Assembly (NCBI RefSeq): GCF_006345805.1
Contig: NC_043013.1
Location: 43,214,001 to 43,278,000 of the forward strand
Direction: 5' to 3'
DNA length: 64,000 nucleotides
Source of the DNA: Octopus sinensis
Lineage: Eukaryota
A model generated the notes under the pieces. That model was not told the DNA's origin. It saw only the letters and a list, made by a program, of their open reading frames with translations, and searched no databases. The translations under genes and the position numbers were made by a program. Below are positions 22,845-36,780 of the stretch, piece by piece. How positions within the stretch are numbered: the first letter of the stretch is position 1; the number at the start of each line of letters is the position of its first letter.

Positions 22845-23395
22845 CCAGCATTTTTTAATGTGGTACCATCACCAGCACTTTTTAATGTGGCACCATCACC
22901 AGCACTTTTTAATGTGGCATCATCAACAGCGCTTTTCAATGTGGCACCATCACCAGCACTTTTTAATGTGGCATCATCACCAGCACTTTTTAATGTGGCA
23001 TCATCAACAGCGCTTTTTAATGTGGCATCATCACCAGCACTTTTTAATGTGGCATCATCAACAGCGCTTTTCAATGTGACACCATCACCAGCACTTTTTA
23101 ATGTGGCACCATCACCAGCACTTTTTAATGTGGCATCATCAACAGCGCTTTTTAATGTGGCACCATCACCAGCACTTTTTAATGTGGCACCATCACCAGC
23201 ACTTTTTAATGTGGCACCATCACCAGCACTTTTTAATGTGGCACCATCACCAGCACTTTTTAATGTGGCACCATCACCAGCACTTTTTAATGTGGCATCA
23301 TCAACAGCGCTTTTCAATGTGACACCATCACTTTTTAATGTGGCACCATCACCAGCGCTTTTTAATGTGGCACCATCACCAGTACTTTTTTTGTA
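22845..23395. repeat. 27-bp minisatellite, ~20 copies
   Basis: Unit ttttaatgtggcaccatcaccagcact, with a variant containing tcatcaacagcgct. Confidence 0.95.
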
Positions 23396-26300
23396 GCACC
23401 AGTGCCCCTCATAGACAAGCCTAACCAGTAAAAACTATATTTCATTTTTAGAGCTGGTTGGGGTTATTTTCTAAAAAGATAATAGTAAGTTGAGAGATTT
23501 GACTGCTATTTCTAGCAAGTTGAGAGATCACATAAAAGCTCCATCAGTTGCTATGGCCTACAGTTATTTTAGATGGTGAATAAGAATAATTGTGTGGAGG
23601 TGGCTTGGTTGGTATTTGTTTAGCATTGTTCTGCATGTGTATAATCCTTGTATGGCTTAGGCAATAGTCTGGGTGAGATAAGTAGCTATGGCTAATTTCA
23701 TTTACTCCTTCAATGACTTTCTCTGATGTCAGAAGACTAATCACCCATTGATGAATACATCTGATCACAAAAGGTCAAGCAACTGCACTGGGGCACACAC
23801 ACAAGGGAAATAGATAGAGAGAGAAAGAGATGGGCAAAGAGAACCAACCAGACAGACATAGAATGACATACAGACACATCCGGAAAACTTCAACACCATC
23901 TATTCATTTTTATTCATTCATTAATTAGTCTTTTATAATCCTTGACTGCCACTGGTTGATAATCATATGACGGCGAGTGGCAGGGTAGTTTTCGACGTGA
24001 AACCATCCACAACTATAGTTGTCATCACCATCACTACCATCGTCATCACCGTTGTCATCATCATTGAGTGTAATAATCGAATAAAACAAGGAATGGTTCG
24101 TAACAATTGTCATGTGATTTGAGATGTCGATAGTCACAAGGTGGACCCATTTTCATCGATAAACCCCCTTCGCCTACATCACTGTCATCGCTATCATTTG
24201 GAAGACCGCCACCGCTACTATCATCATCATCAATGTGTAGTAGCCAACACCATCACCATTGCCGCCACGATTATCGAGCTCTAATGACCTAATTGCATAA
24301 AGTACAGGGTTTCCGATTTAAGTTCGTTCCCTTGGCTTGAGTGTCATGTAGGGCTGGGTTACCCGAGGCAGATGACATCGCACCCTACTTGCTACATAAG
24401 GTAACATACTCCCTTAAGAAAAAAAAAATGTTTTTATCATCATTATCTTGATGCAAACGAAAAAATATAATTATCATTTTTCCTTTTATTCCAAATGTTG
24501 CACATCTTAACGAAATGATTGATGGGGACAGTTTGGTGAAGTCGTTACCAATCGCGATTGTTACGAAGATAAACGATGGACTTGATTTTTCTTCATCAGA
24601 ACTGAATCTCCCGCATCCACCCTTCTTCACCCCCTCATTGTAGTAATTCGTACTAAACATCAACTATGCTATCCTCACTCAATTTCTGCAATCCTCTCGT
24701 AGACCGTTATCTAAGAAAGCCTGACAAAAAGCTACAGGCACCCTCTTTAATGTTTAGATTAATTGATGTTACAAACTTTTTAACATTGAACCTTTAGGAA
24801 AAACAAGCAGCCAAACAAAACCTCTGCATTTTACAGTTTCCCCTTTTTAAAGAAAAATATTCAAAGGAGGGTGGGTGCACGGTTAAGAGGCTACAATATC
24901 TCGCTGTCGAGTATTCACTACAAATAATATAATAAATACATTTCTTAGAGGGAAATTTAGTTAATCGAATCGATCTTATACTACTGTTAATGCATTTACA
25001 TTCAACATAACAGGGTTAGTGTAGGGGTTAAGGAATTATTAAGCGAATAAAGACCGGTGCTTAGGTCTGGTTTTGTGACGTTAAGCAGATAAATGAAAAA
25101 TTCCTCCACATTTGGCGAGAGAACGCGAATCTGTTGCTGATAACATTTCCTTGGAATTCCGTGTCCTATTTTCGATAGTAGTCAAAAGGAAGGATGGAGG
25201 GGGGAAAAAAATTGGGTGAGATTATAAGCATGAAAATAAAAAAAGAACCACAAAGTAGAACGTTTGTTTGCTTCATAGAGTATATTGGCCAGAATCTGCT
25301 AGCGTCTGCTACCATATGATATCATTACAACAACGAAATATGAACCATTATGAAATATGAAAATTCAGACGAGTGTCTTACGAAATTAGTTTTACTTATT
25401 TTGGAAACAATTCTTCTTATTTTACGAAGACACAAGTTGGCGGATTTTATGACGTTTATAATGTAACAAGATGAAGGTCTCAGGAACACTTGAGGAGTGT
25501 CTGTCTTATCTTGCCACATACAATTGTCGAAGGGAGGACCAAAATCCGACTGTCTTCAATAGCAATAAATAATACTTTATTTTTCCGGGTTTCGCAAATA
25601 CAAAATATATATACATATATTGTCCTTAAGGGCGAACCGGTAGCCAAGTCCACAATAACTTTTTTTTACAAAGGCATTATTAAAAACAAAGATGTTAAAT
25701 GAAGTGAATTGACTTCAACCGGGAACCGAAACTAGATTGACGCTTTCAATTTTCTGAGTTCACCTCTTGTTCCATTTTAGTACTCGGCACTGGTTAAAAA
25801 TTAGAAACCTTAATTTCTTTTTTTTTTTTTCAACGAAGAGAAAAGAGAAAGTGATGACAAGACATTACTTACTGTTGTTGTCATCAAATGTAAGCAATTA
25901 AACCGAACACAATACAAACAAAGTAAAAATCGCTGCAAGAAGTTGGTAGGAATCAATCAGGTTGCAGAAACGGAGACCAAATAAACCGGGAAACGACCAA
26001 AAAATTTTCTTCACTTCGACGAAGGAAAACCACTTTTCGTAGGGGAGGTAACTCTTTGAGTGCCAATGTTGAGTGAAGTCTTTCTGTCGGTGTCAGAGTA
26101 TGAGTGAATTTATATGGGTGTGCGAGTGTGTATGCATATGTGTTCTATTTGTATGTATGTGTCTTCGTGTGTGAGTGTGTTGTATTTGTATGTATGTGTC
26201 TTCGTGTGTTGTATGTGTATATGCGTATTTGCGTGTACACATGAATGAGTGTGTATATGCATGTGTCTATGTAAGTGTATGTGTGTGTATATATATATAT

Positions 26301-27047
26301 ATAATGAAATTATTGTTTACAGTGCTCAGGTGCACCACAACATGTATGTATACGAGTATACGTGTATGTGAGTATAAGTGTGTGTGTGTATATGTGTGTG
26401 AGTGTATATATGTGTGTGTCTATGGAGTGGCAAAACTAGGGGAGAGGATAAAGCTGTCATCTAGCATTTCGTGGTTTCTGAGATCAAATCCACTGCTGGT
26501 GTTTCGTGAGGTATCGTGGTAGGGACATGACAATTCATTTACAATGGTGGTGGTGGTAATGATGTTAGTGGAGATGGTGGTGGCGTTGTTGTTGGAGATG
26601 GTGTCGATGTTGATGGCCTTTTTATGTATCGGTGGTTGTTGTTTAACCCTAGGTCAGCCCTGATTGAGGATACATATGATAAGACATTCCAGCGGTGACA
26701 ATCACTTTTCTATGTGCAAAGAAGCCAGTACCACATTATCCAGAATGTCGCATTTTTTAGACGGTGGAAAAGGAGATTTGACTGCTATTTTTAGCATATC
26801 AAAAAATAACCAATAGAGGCTTCTTCGTTGGCGTATCTGCTGAATGTATGTGTTTTATTAGGAGATAAATGGATGTGTGTGTTTGTGTGTGTGAGTAAGG
26901 CTGTATGAATGTGTGTGTATGTATCTATGTATATATATATATACATATATATATATATGCATATTTATATCTATATATGCTTGTATGTATCTGTCTGTTT
27001 GTCTGTCTCCCCGTATGTATGTATGTATGTACGTATGTATGTATGTG

Positions 27048-27126
<79 letters not shown>

Positions 27127-27216
27127 GTCTGTCTGTCTGACTGTCTAAGTATGTATGTATGTATGTATGTATGTATGTATGTATGTATTTATACATGCAT
27201 GCATGTGTATATTTAC

Positions 27217-27250
<34 letters not shown>

Positions 27251-27447
27251 AGGTGGGGGAGGACAGAAAGTTGTATAGTATAAAGTATATAGCATATAGT
27301 TGTATAGTGAGCGAAACCTTGGAAGTGGTAAATATCTAATGTATGTGTGAAACCCCACCACCAAAAAAAAAAACCCCAAAACAAAACAAAAAACAAAGTG
27401 TGCGTGTTTCCATGTGTGTGTGTGTGTGTGTGTGTGTGAGTGAGTGT

Positions 27448-27508
<61 letters not shown>

Positions 27509-28252
27509 GTACAGTTCATGTCCAATGCAAGACCTGTTTTATATAGACTTATTAATTATTACCACTGATCTCATTTACATTCGTCCACCCGCCCTCAACT
27601 CTTACCATTCATTTTTTTTATATTCCGTTGTTGTAAACCTTGGTCAGTTTGATTTATGATTAAAAGCATTCCAACCGTGGCCACCTTGTCTTTTCCCATG
27701 CGTCATTTCCTTTATTTAAGACAGTAGTTCCCCACTGGGGTTCAAATTTTGCTACTAAAATTTATCTGCAATAAAATGGGTATACTTCTACAAATCACAA
27801 AATATTTCAAGAATTTTAAAAAATACAGTTCCTAATATCTAATTAAAAAAATATAATGGTACTTTTTTAAACGCCGAATGTTTATCAGGGTCTAGGAGAT
27901 AAAATAGGAATCAAAGGGGTCCATAAGCAAAGAAAAAAAAAGGAGATTGAGAACTACTGAAGAGAGTCATTCGAAATTGATCTAGTTGCTATTTCTAGCA
28001 GACCACGTAGAGTCCTTCTCATTTGCTAATATATAAAAGAGAGTTCTATCATTCTGATGAGTTCTGTTCGAAACCTTATGTCCTCCTCTACTTATTCTCT
28101 TTATCCTATTTTTAAAAAAATTTATCGATCCTCGTGTTTCTTTTTAAAAATCTGCTAATTATTCCATCGATCTGTGTTGCCGAACAGCTAAGATACGGGG
28201 ACATAGGCATAGGCACAAAGGCGCGCGTGCGCGCGCGCACACACACACAACA

Positions 28253-28306
<54 letters not shown>

Positions 28307-28309
28307 TCA

Positions 28310-28546
28310 CAAGAATTAAGGAATGGGGTAGATAGATCCGGGCTACATATGTTTCATAGCGAGCGGAACCTCGGAAGTGGTAAATATCCAAGCGAGGTGT
28401 ATACCGCAGGGTACCCTTCAGGCTACCCTTGGCTTGAAGAGTAGCCTGCGGTACACACCACGCTTGAATATTTACTACTTCCGAGGTTCTGTTCGCTATA
28501 AAACATATGCAGCCCGGATTTTATCTACTCCACTCCTTAACTCTTG
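28310..28546. mobile_element. Fold-back/MITE-like element with ~110-bp imperfect inverted arms
   Basis: caagaattaagg...gtacccttca pairs with tgaagagtag...ccttaactcttg. A diverged partial relative lies at ~27260-27345. Confidence 0.75.
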
Positions 28547-28822
28547 GATATTTGTTCACATACACAGCAACCCTGGCTGCCAACCGTGAAATATAGAATA
28601 ATTTTTCAACTTCGCTAAGGAAAAAAATTCACAGTGGCTGTGTGGTAAGTAGCTTGTTTACCAACCACATGGTTCCGGGTTCAGTCCCACTGCGTGGAAC
28701 CATGGGCAAGTGTCTTCTACTATAGCCTCGGGCCGATCAAAATCTTGTGGGTGGCTTTAGTAGACGGAAACTGAAAGAAGCCCGTCGCATATATATATAT
28801 ATATAATATATATATTATATAT

Positions 28823-28854
<32 letters not shown>

Positions 28855-30183
28855 CATACGATGGGATTCCACACACTTTCTCTCTACCAAGTATCTTCTA
28901 TAGAAGTCACTTGTCCTAGGTGATGCATAGCGGAACTGAACTCGAAACCATGCGGCTGTAAAGTGAGCTTCTTATCTATACAGCCTCCAAGCAAGGCACG
29001 GTAAGGTAAGGTAAGGCAAATAAATAATGAGTTGTCCTTAAATTTTACTCCCACATAAACCAGAATCACAAGCAACGAAGTCAACTGGTGCAAGTGAGGC
29101 ATAGAGTGGGTTCTCCACCAACAACCTCCGTACGGGAGCCAAATTGCCTGCCCCTTTACTTAAACGAAACATACCTTCGACGGAAGCGAACACACATATA
29201 CAGAGTGGCCTCCCCTGTGCGGTCGCCCTTTGCTGTTGTCGTCTGCTGTTGCCTTTTGTGGTCGCTCTTTACAGTTGCCCTCACTTTGCGGTCGCTCACC
29301 CTGTGTACCCCACGCTAGGCCATTGTAGTGTGGATGAAATTTTATACCAGTAATCTTATCACGTGAAAGTGTGTGGGCCAGTGTTTAGTGTGCCACACTC
29401 ACGATTGTGAGATCACAGTTTCGAATTCTGGACCGTGCTGTACGTTGTGTTCTTGAACAAAACACTTCATTCCACGTTGCCTCAGTCCACTGAGCTGTAA
29501 ATAAGCTCCAGCAATAGCTGGGAAGTTAACCCTGTGAACAGATCGACGTCCCGTTCAGAGAGCAGAGAGTGTTGTAATCTCAGACACTTATGCGATACGG
29601 AAATCAGGTTAAGCTCCGGATTTATGAATCCTAGGGCTCATGACAAATTTAAGTTATCTTACCATATTTCAAGTCAGTCGAACATATTCCATTTCCTACT
29701 AAAATTGGTCTTGTGCCAAGCCAAAAAGAATCAAGATTATTTTCATATAGTAAAACCACAAAGAACTACAATACAGTTTAAATTATTTATGGCCCAGCAA
29801 TATTTCCTTGCTTTGGTAAAATGCCAAAATGAAATTTTGGCTTATTTTATCGACTGCGGGAAGAGGAGAAGATGAAGCTGACTCCAACCAGATTTGATGT
29901 GTAGTGATCGCTGCCGAAGAAGCAGAAAGCTTAACTTAACCTCTCACTTCTTAACGTTTAGTTTAAGAACGTCTATAGATTTTCGTCTTGTTATTAATCT
30001 GAAATCTCAAGAGTTAGAGAAAACGTTATTGTTTATGTGTCTGTAGAACTAGATATTTGTATGCGTGTGTCTATCAGAAGCCAGTTACTTTGACACGTTT
30101 TTATGTCTACTACCATAAGCTTACATATATTATATTATATTATACCCTTATACCATGTGAACTGGGTTCTCTGTTGACAGTCA

Positions 30184-30460
30184 TCTAATCTATTATATAA
30201 AATCCGTTCTGTGTGTATGTGTGTGTGTGTGTGTCTTCTAGGATCTCGGGCATCCTCCATCTGATTGCGCTCAAATTTGATATGTAGATACCGACGGTAT
30301 CAGGGCGTGTATAAGTCTTGAAAAAATTACAAAAATCGATTCCAGGTGAGAATGCGATCGATAAAGCCGTGGAAACGTGAATTTGTACGCGCAAGTACAT
30401 CAGCTGTTGCAATCGATACTACGCGTTGTGTGAATAAAATCGTTTTTCTTTGGAATAGAA
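30184..30460 (+). mobile_element. 5' part of a Helentron/DINE-like element
   Basis: atctattatataaaa start, (TG)n, then ...ctcaaatttg motif. Confidence 0.5.
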
Positions 30461-31030
30461 AAAAAGTCTTTATTTCTTCTTTTGCTGGTGTCTCAAATTT
30501 AGGTTAAATCAGTGTTTCTCAAAGGGGAGGCCTATGGGACGGTCGGACAAGTTGTTTTGAGAAAATTTGGTTTAAATGTTTTACAACTCAGCACCGTCCA
30601 TTGGACGGGGGGCGTTTTGCTTGTATTAAAATAAAATGTCACTGAAGCTATGAGGTTTAATGTTTATTTAAATGCGCTGGTAGCTTATTTCTCTGGGATT
30701 GATCAAATTGTGTGGACATCACTGATGAGACTCCAGTGAGAGTCAAAAATCGATTAAAGCTCTTTAATTTTTTTTTCTAATCTATGTAGACAGTTAAATT
30801 TTCCATGTTTGTACGTTTCCATACATATATTTTTTTTACATATATTGGTTTCAAATTTTGGCACAAGGCCAGCAAATTTGGGAGAGGGAGATTGTCAATT
30901 ACATCGAACCTAGTACTCAACTGGTACTTATTTTATCGATCCTGAAAGGATGAAGTTACGGGGATGTAAACACACCACCATCGGTTGACAAGCAATGCTG
31001 TGGGGACAAACAGACAGACAGACACACACA

Positions 31031-31085
<55 letters not shown>

Positions 31086-31224
31086 ACAGGCTTCTTTCAG
31101 TTTCCGTATACCAAATCCACTCAGATGGCTTTGGTCGGCCTGAGGCCATAATAGTAGACACTTGCCCAAGGTGTTACGCAGTGGGAATGAACCCAGAACC
31201 ATGTGGTTGGTAAGCAAGCTACTT

Positions 31225-31454
31225 ATTTCTTTATTGCCCACAAGGGGGCAATAAGAGGGGACGAACAAGGATAGACAAAGGAATTAAGTCGATTATATCG
31301 ACCCCAGTACGTAACTGGTACTTGATTTATCGACCTCGAAAGGATGAAAGGCAAAGTCGACCCCAGCGGAATTTAAACTCAGAACGTAACGGCAGACGAA
31401 ATACCGCTAAGCAGTTCGTCCAGCGTGCTAACGTTTCTGCCAGCTCACCGCCTG
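31225..31454 (-). mobile_element. Family 1 SINE nested in a family 2 SINE, 17-bp TSD
   Basis: tggtaagcaagctactt occurs at 31208-31224 and 31455-31471. Confidence 0.9.
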
Positions 31455-32669
31455 TGGTAAGCAAGCTACTTACCACACAGCCACTCCTGCGCCTATATAT
31501 CATACATTAATATTGTGTGGACCGAGATCCCCCTTGATATTAAATAAAGAGTTGACACTGATGGTATGTAAATTAGTAGAATCAGTTTTCAGGAGCTACA
31601 AGATTTGAGAAGAGAACGGCACCCCGTCGATTACGACGACGAGGGTTCCAGTTGATTCGATCAACGGGGACAGCCTGCTCGTGAAATTAACGTGCAAGTG
31701 ACTGAGCAATCCACAGACACGTGTACCCTTAACATAGTTCTCGGGGAGATTCAGCGTGACACAGAATGTGACAAGGCTGGTCTTTTGAAATACAGGTACT
31801 ACTCCTTTTTGCCAGCTGGGTGGACTGGGGCAATGTGAAATAAAGTGTCTTGCTCAAGGACACAACACGACCCCAGGAATTGAACTCACGACCTTACGAT
31901 CGTGAGCCGATTATCCTAACCACTAAGTCACGCATCTTCACACACTACTAGATTTAATATGTGTGTAAACAGATTGACTGCTCTTTTATTTGGCACTAGC
32001 AGAGGCCTACTCAATGGAGTAGTCGTTCAAATGAACCGAAAAACTTCCGTCAAACACGACTATAGGAGTAACAATTTACAGGTGTTGGCCCTAAAGAGGG
32101 CCTTTGAACGTTCTCTATGAAATACCTCTGCGGTGGTGCTGCCAACAAAGATGAATCCGATGGTAACAATTTAATCTTACCCTGAAGAAGGCATTGGATA
32201 GTTCATTCTAAAAAGTCCCAGCGGCGGAGCTATCTGCAAAGACGACTCCGATTAGAGATGGTGGCCCTTAAGAAGTCCTTTACACCACTTTGGTGTGTCG
32301 TATTTGCTTTGCTTGTTATTTGAGATTGTAACCTAAAAATGCATGTAAAAGTTGGTGGCCACAAAAATGGCCTTGGCAAGATCACGCTGGAATGTCAAAA
32401 AATGTGTAAATAAGATGTAGGGAAAAGTAGATTAAACTGCGGAACATCGATAGCAAAGCGTGATAGCAACATACAAATGCGGAAAATGGAGACAGTGAAC
32501 ATTTATTTATAACGTATAGCAAAAGCAACCTCACATGCGTACGTGGTATTGTCAAAAGGATAAAGATAGCACACGGATACAGCAAATGTAAGCACTTATA
32601 AAAAAAAACAAAAAAAAAAAACAATGATTACTTGTTGGCGAATAGGGCGCCTATAAACTTCCTTATAGA

Positions 32670-33074
32670 TTATATTTTGGATTTTCTCGCAAGGTTATGT
32701 CGGTTTCCCACCCGAGAGCAACCAGCATATAGTTGACCATGGGAGAAGCACGGTTCTTCTAAATTAAGCCCTACGACCGTCAGTGTCTGACCCTGTGGTT
32801 TGTTAATCGACATGGCGAAACTGAGCCGGAGAGGGGAATTGCAGCCTTCTGAATGTGAAAAGAATGCCTTTACCGGATGGAATGAGAGGTATCCTTGGTA
32901 TGAAGACAGTATCCACCTTACCACATCCTGTAAGTATTGTTGCCTCAATAACATGAAGCATCGCGTTTTGGACGACCAGACGAGTTCCAAATTCCTGAGG
33001 AGTAATAAGTGTGGTGGCAATCCAGGAGGCTCTCGGGTGTTAAGAAATTCTGTGGGGTAATTAACAACCCACAT
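32670..33074 (-). pseudogene. Helitron PIF1-like helicase C-terminal fragment
   Basis: Reads VNYPTEFLNTREPPGLPPHLLLLRNL...PLRLSFAMSINKPQGQTLTVVGLNLEEPCFSHGQLYAGCSRVG, with an internal deletion and frameshifts. Confidence 0.9.
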
Positions 33075-33992
33075 ACGTAAGCGTTAACATTTACACCTGG
33101 GTTAAATCGCGCTTTCTTGGCTAGGAGTGTGAAATGACGCCAAAGTTCAAGGCAAAAAATTTAGCTCCCCATTCCACACTTAATTATGGTGAAATTACAC
33201 AGGGGAGGCAACCGGGTGCAAAATTAAATTCAAACATCCTGAAGTTAACTAAGCAACCGAAAGTTTAGTCAGGGGGGGATTTAAAATTCGCTCCTCCAAT
33301 TGTAGGACATGAGTAACCGATGCATCAACTTTCGTTTAAATTGACTGTTATTTCCAGAAGTTAAAATGCTTTACTGCGACCATAATATGAACTTTAAAAG
33401 TGGTCTAAAGAGGCTCACTGCCACGCGCGCGCACGCACACACACATATACACAAATACGTCCCCGTAACTTAGTGGTCCGGTAAAAGAGACCGATAGAAT
33501 AAGTACTAGGCTTACAAATAATAAGTATTGGGGTCGATTTGCTCGACTAACAGGCGGTGCTCCAGCATGGCCGCAGTCAAAATGACTGAAACAAGTAAAA
33601 GAGTAAAGCGTAAAAAGAGCATACGTAGACCAGAATTGCCTAATTTCATTGATGCTGACTTCGAAGATTCACCGGTCGTCGGCCTCGTCAGAAATTGTGA
33701 GGTCGATGACCGGCATTTACTTGCGTGTCGACTGTTAATAACGCTATTGAAACGGCCCGATTCTTTACTCTTGTAATGAGTTCTATATTCGGTTATATTT
33801 TACTGTTTTTTTTTTAATGCTTATAGAGGATTTTTTTAACACATACATGCATACATGCTTACATACATACATATACAAACATACATACATAAATACATAC
33901 AGAAACATACATACATAAATACATTATACACATACACAATTACATACATATACACATACATACATTCATACATACATACATACATACATACA

Positions 33993-34024
<32 letters not shown>

Positions 34025-34280
34025 CACATACATACATGCATACATACATACATACAGGATACATACCAACCTGTCTGGAGCAAAGTAAGGCTGAACTTGG
34101 GGATCTCGAGATCTAACTCATACACTAGAAATGATCATGAACTCTGGCATTATAAGAATTTGCAAGTCCTTCTTCAGATTTAAAGGATGACTGTTAAATC
34201 ATGATACTTTCCTTTACAAGTCGGTGGCCGGTCAAAATTTACTGTAAATTAAAATGGGAAAGAACATACAGGCACACATA

Positions 34281-34987
34281 CGAGGTTTGATCGTCGCAGT
34301 GATCATGATAGAGAAAGTTCTCATGGTGATATCTGCTCAGAGGTCTACGCAACGTTGCAGAAAGTGTATGGAGAGGAGTGTATGAGCCGCACACAAGTGT
34401 ACGAGTGGTTTAGACGTTTCCGAAATGGCCGAAAAAATGTCGATATTGACGAATGTTCTGGGAGACCCACAACTAGCAGAACTGAGAAAAACATCACAGA
34501 TGTGCATGCAGCTGTGAGGGAAGATGTGTGTACAGTTCTGAGTTATCAGAGGATGTGCAGATTAGTTACGGTTCAGTTCAGTCCATTATCAATGCAGATT
34601 TGGGTACGAGACGCATGTCTGCCAAGTTCGTACCAAAACTGCTTTCAACTGACGAAAGAGACACTAGGGTTTCAGTTGCACAAGATCTTGACTTTGTCGA
34701 GAACGATGAAAACTTTGCGTAGGCCCCTGATCAGGTATAACCAATCTTTTGGGAAAATTTGATGCAGATTCTCTGTTCAACTTTCTCTGTCATGGTCAAT
34801 GCGACGATCACACGCTACACACCTTCCTTCCAAACACTGGCGTAAACAGCGGAAATGAGCTATAACGTTAAAACCCTGTGCGCATGCACAGCAGAGTTCA
34901 GGGTCAATCCGTGTCAAGTGGCTTTACTCTCTGTGCTTTAGCTTCGTTACTATAGCAACAATCCGGATACTTATTGATCAGACTACG
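34281..34987 (+). mobile_element. Internally deleted mariner element
   Basis: Reads QKVYGEECMSRTQVYEWFRRFRNGR...SGRPTTSRT and SAKFVPKLL. Termini TA-cgaggtttgatc and gatcagactacg-TA. Confidence 0.85.
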
Positions 34988-35053
34988 TACATGCACCCTG
35001 ACAGTAAATTCTCGTTTGTACCTATCATCATAGGTACATTAGGTTATATACCA

Positions 35054-35153
35054 NNNNNNNNNNNNNNNNNNNNNNNNNNNNNNNNNNNNNNNNNNNNNNN
35101 NNNNNNNNNNNNNNNNNNNNNNNNNNNNNNNNNNNNNNNNNNNNNNNNNNNNN
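35054..35153. other. Assembly gap (100 N)
   Basis: Run of N. The left flank (MHPDSKFSFVPIIIGTLGYIP) resembles a Dong/R4 RLE end and the right flank a Tc1/mariner fragment. Confidence 0.99.
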
Positions 35154-35720
35154 ATTCAGAAATTACCAACTTTCTAAACGTTGCTAGGTGTATTATACAC
35201 AAAGTTCTGATGGAATTGGAAAAATCAGGTGGGAATGTTTCAAATGAATCAGAGAATAAAAAAGAAATACAATCTAAACGTTCGTGACACTACAAGGACA
35301 CCGCAATTTATCCAACCGCTTCAAATTATTAGCGATGATGATTACGGTAAATGAATGAACGCCAATGCCAAAGAGCCTCAAGTGTTGAAGTGGGCTATCA
35401 GAACTGTTGTGTACGAGAATATTCGATACTAGTTGAATGTACTAAGGAGAAGCTAGTGCATGCCTGCAAACGCTTAAAACCGCTTGATATGTGCTAAGCG
35501 GCTCCTTAAACAAGGTTAAAGACCCTCACGACCATAGCATGCTTTGGTTCTTCTCTGGTGAGAAAAAACTCCGACTAAGAGCAAAAGTGTAACAGAAGAA
35601 ATGACTGATGGTTTTGTGCAGCTCATTCTGATGTCTTAAGAGTGATGGAGATTCAGTTCCAGTCACTGTGAGGTTTAGAAGTGGTAAGTAATGAATTCAT
35701 GTCTTGCCTCATCGCATCTT
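35154..35720 (+). mobile_element. Degraded Tc1/mariner transposase fragment
   Basis: Reads SEITNFLNVARCIIHKV and MLWFFSGEKNSD*EQKCNRRND*WFC, resembling WFFSDEKNF.QDQK.NRRNDRW. Confidence 0.6.
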
Positions 35721-35744
35721 TTCCACATAGTGTGTAATTAACGT

Positions 35745-36780
35745 TTCTTATTTCTTTACTGCCCACAAGGGGCTAACATAGGGGGACAAACAAGGACAGA
35801 CAAACGGATTAAGTCGATTACATCGACCCCAGTGCCTAGCTGGTACTTAATTTAATCGACCCCGAAAGGATGAAAAGCAAAGTCGACCTCGGCGGAGTTT
35901 GAACTCAGAACTTAACAGCAGACGAAATACCTATTTCTTTACTACCCACAAGGGGCTAAACACAGAGAGGACAAACAAGGACAGACAAACGGACTAAGTC
36001 GATTATATCTACCCCAGTGCGTAACTGATACTTATTTAATCGACCCCGAAAGGATGAAAGACAAAGTCGACCTCGGCGGAATTTGAACTCAGAACGTAAC
36101 GGCAGACGAAATACGGCTACGCATTTCGCTCGGCGTGCTAACGTTTCTGCCAGCTCGCCGCCTTCGGCAGAGGAAATATCTATTTCTTTACTGCCCACAA
36201 GGGGCTAAACAAAGAGGGGATGAACAAGGACAGACAAACGGATTAAGTCGATTATATCAACCTCAGTGCATAACTGGTACTTAATTTATCGACCCCGAAA
36301 GGATGAAAGGCAAAGTCGACCTCGGCGGAATTTGAACTCAGAACGTAACGGCAGTCGAAATACCTATTTCTTTACTACCCACAAGGGGCTACACACAGAG
36401 GGGACAAACAAGGACAGACAAGCGGATTAAGTCGATTATATCGGCCCCAGTGCGTAACTAGTACTTAATTTATCGACCCCGAAAGGATGAAAGGCAAAGT
36501 CGACCTCGGCGGAATTTGAACTCAGAACGTAACGGCAGTCGAAATACCTATTTCTTTACTACCCACAAGGGGCTACACACAGAGGGGACAAACAAGGACA
36601 GACAAACGGATTAAGTCGATTATATCGACCCCAGTGCGTAACTGGTACTTAATTTATCGACCCCGAAAGGATGAAAAGCAAAGTCGACCACGGCGGAATT
36701 TGAACTCAGAACGTAGCGGCAGACGAAATACGGCTACGCATTTCGCCCGTGCTAACGTTTCTGCCAGCTCGCCGCCTTAT
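35745..36780 (-). mobile_element. Head-to-tail pentamer of family 1 SINE
   Basis: Five units of ~180-235 bp. Three units are head-truncated at the shared gaaatacc|tatttcttt junction. Confidence 0.9.

Noticed and set aside
22548-23396. 282-aa FNVAPSPAL repeat ORF and overlapping ORFs
   Set aside because: By-product of the 27-bp minisatellite.
28054-28082. CTGATGA...GAAAC...GTC hammerhead-like string
   Set aside because: Stem II has only 1 bp and there is no stem I, so a chance match is plausible.
30716-30762. CTGATGA GACTC-loop-GAGTC AAAA ATCGAT hammerhead-like motif
   Set aside because: Stem II is good, but G12 is mutated and no stem I partner exists. It is probably a dead PLE relic and was not counted.
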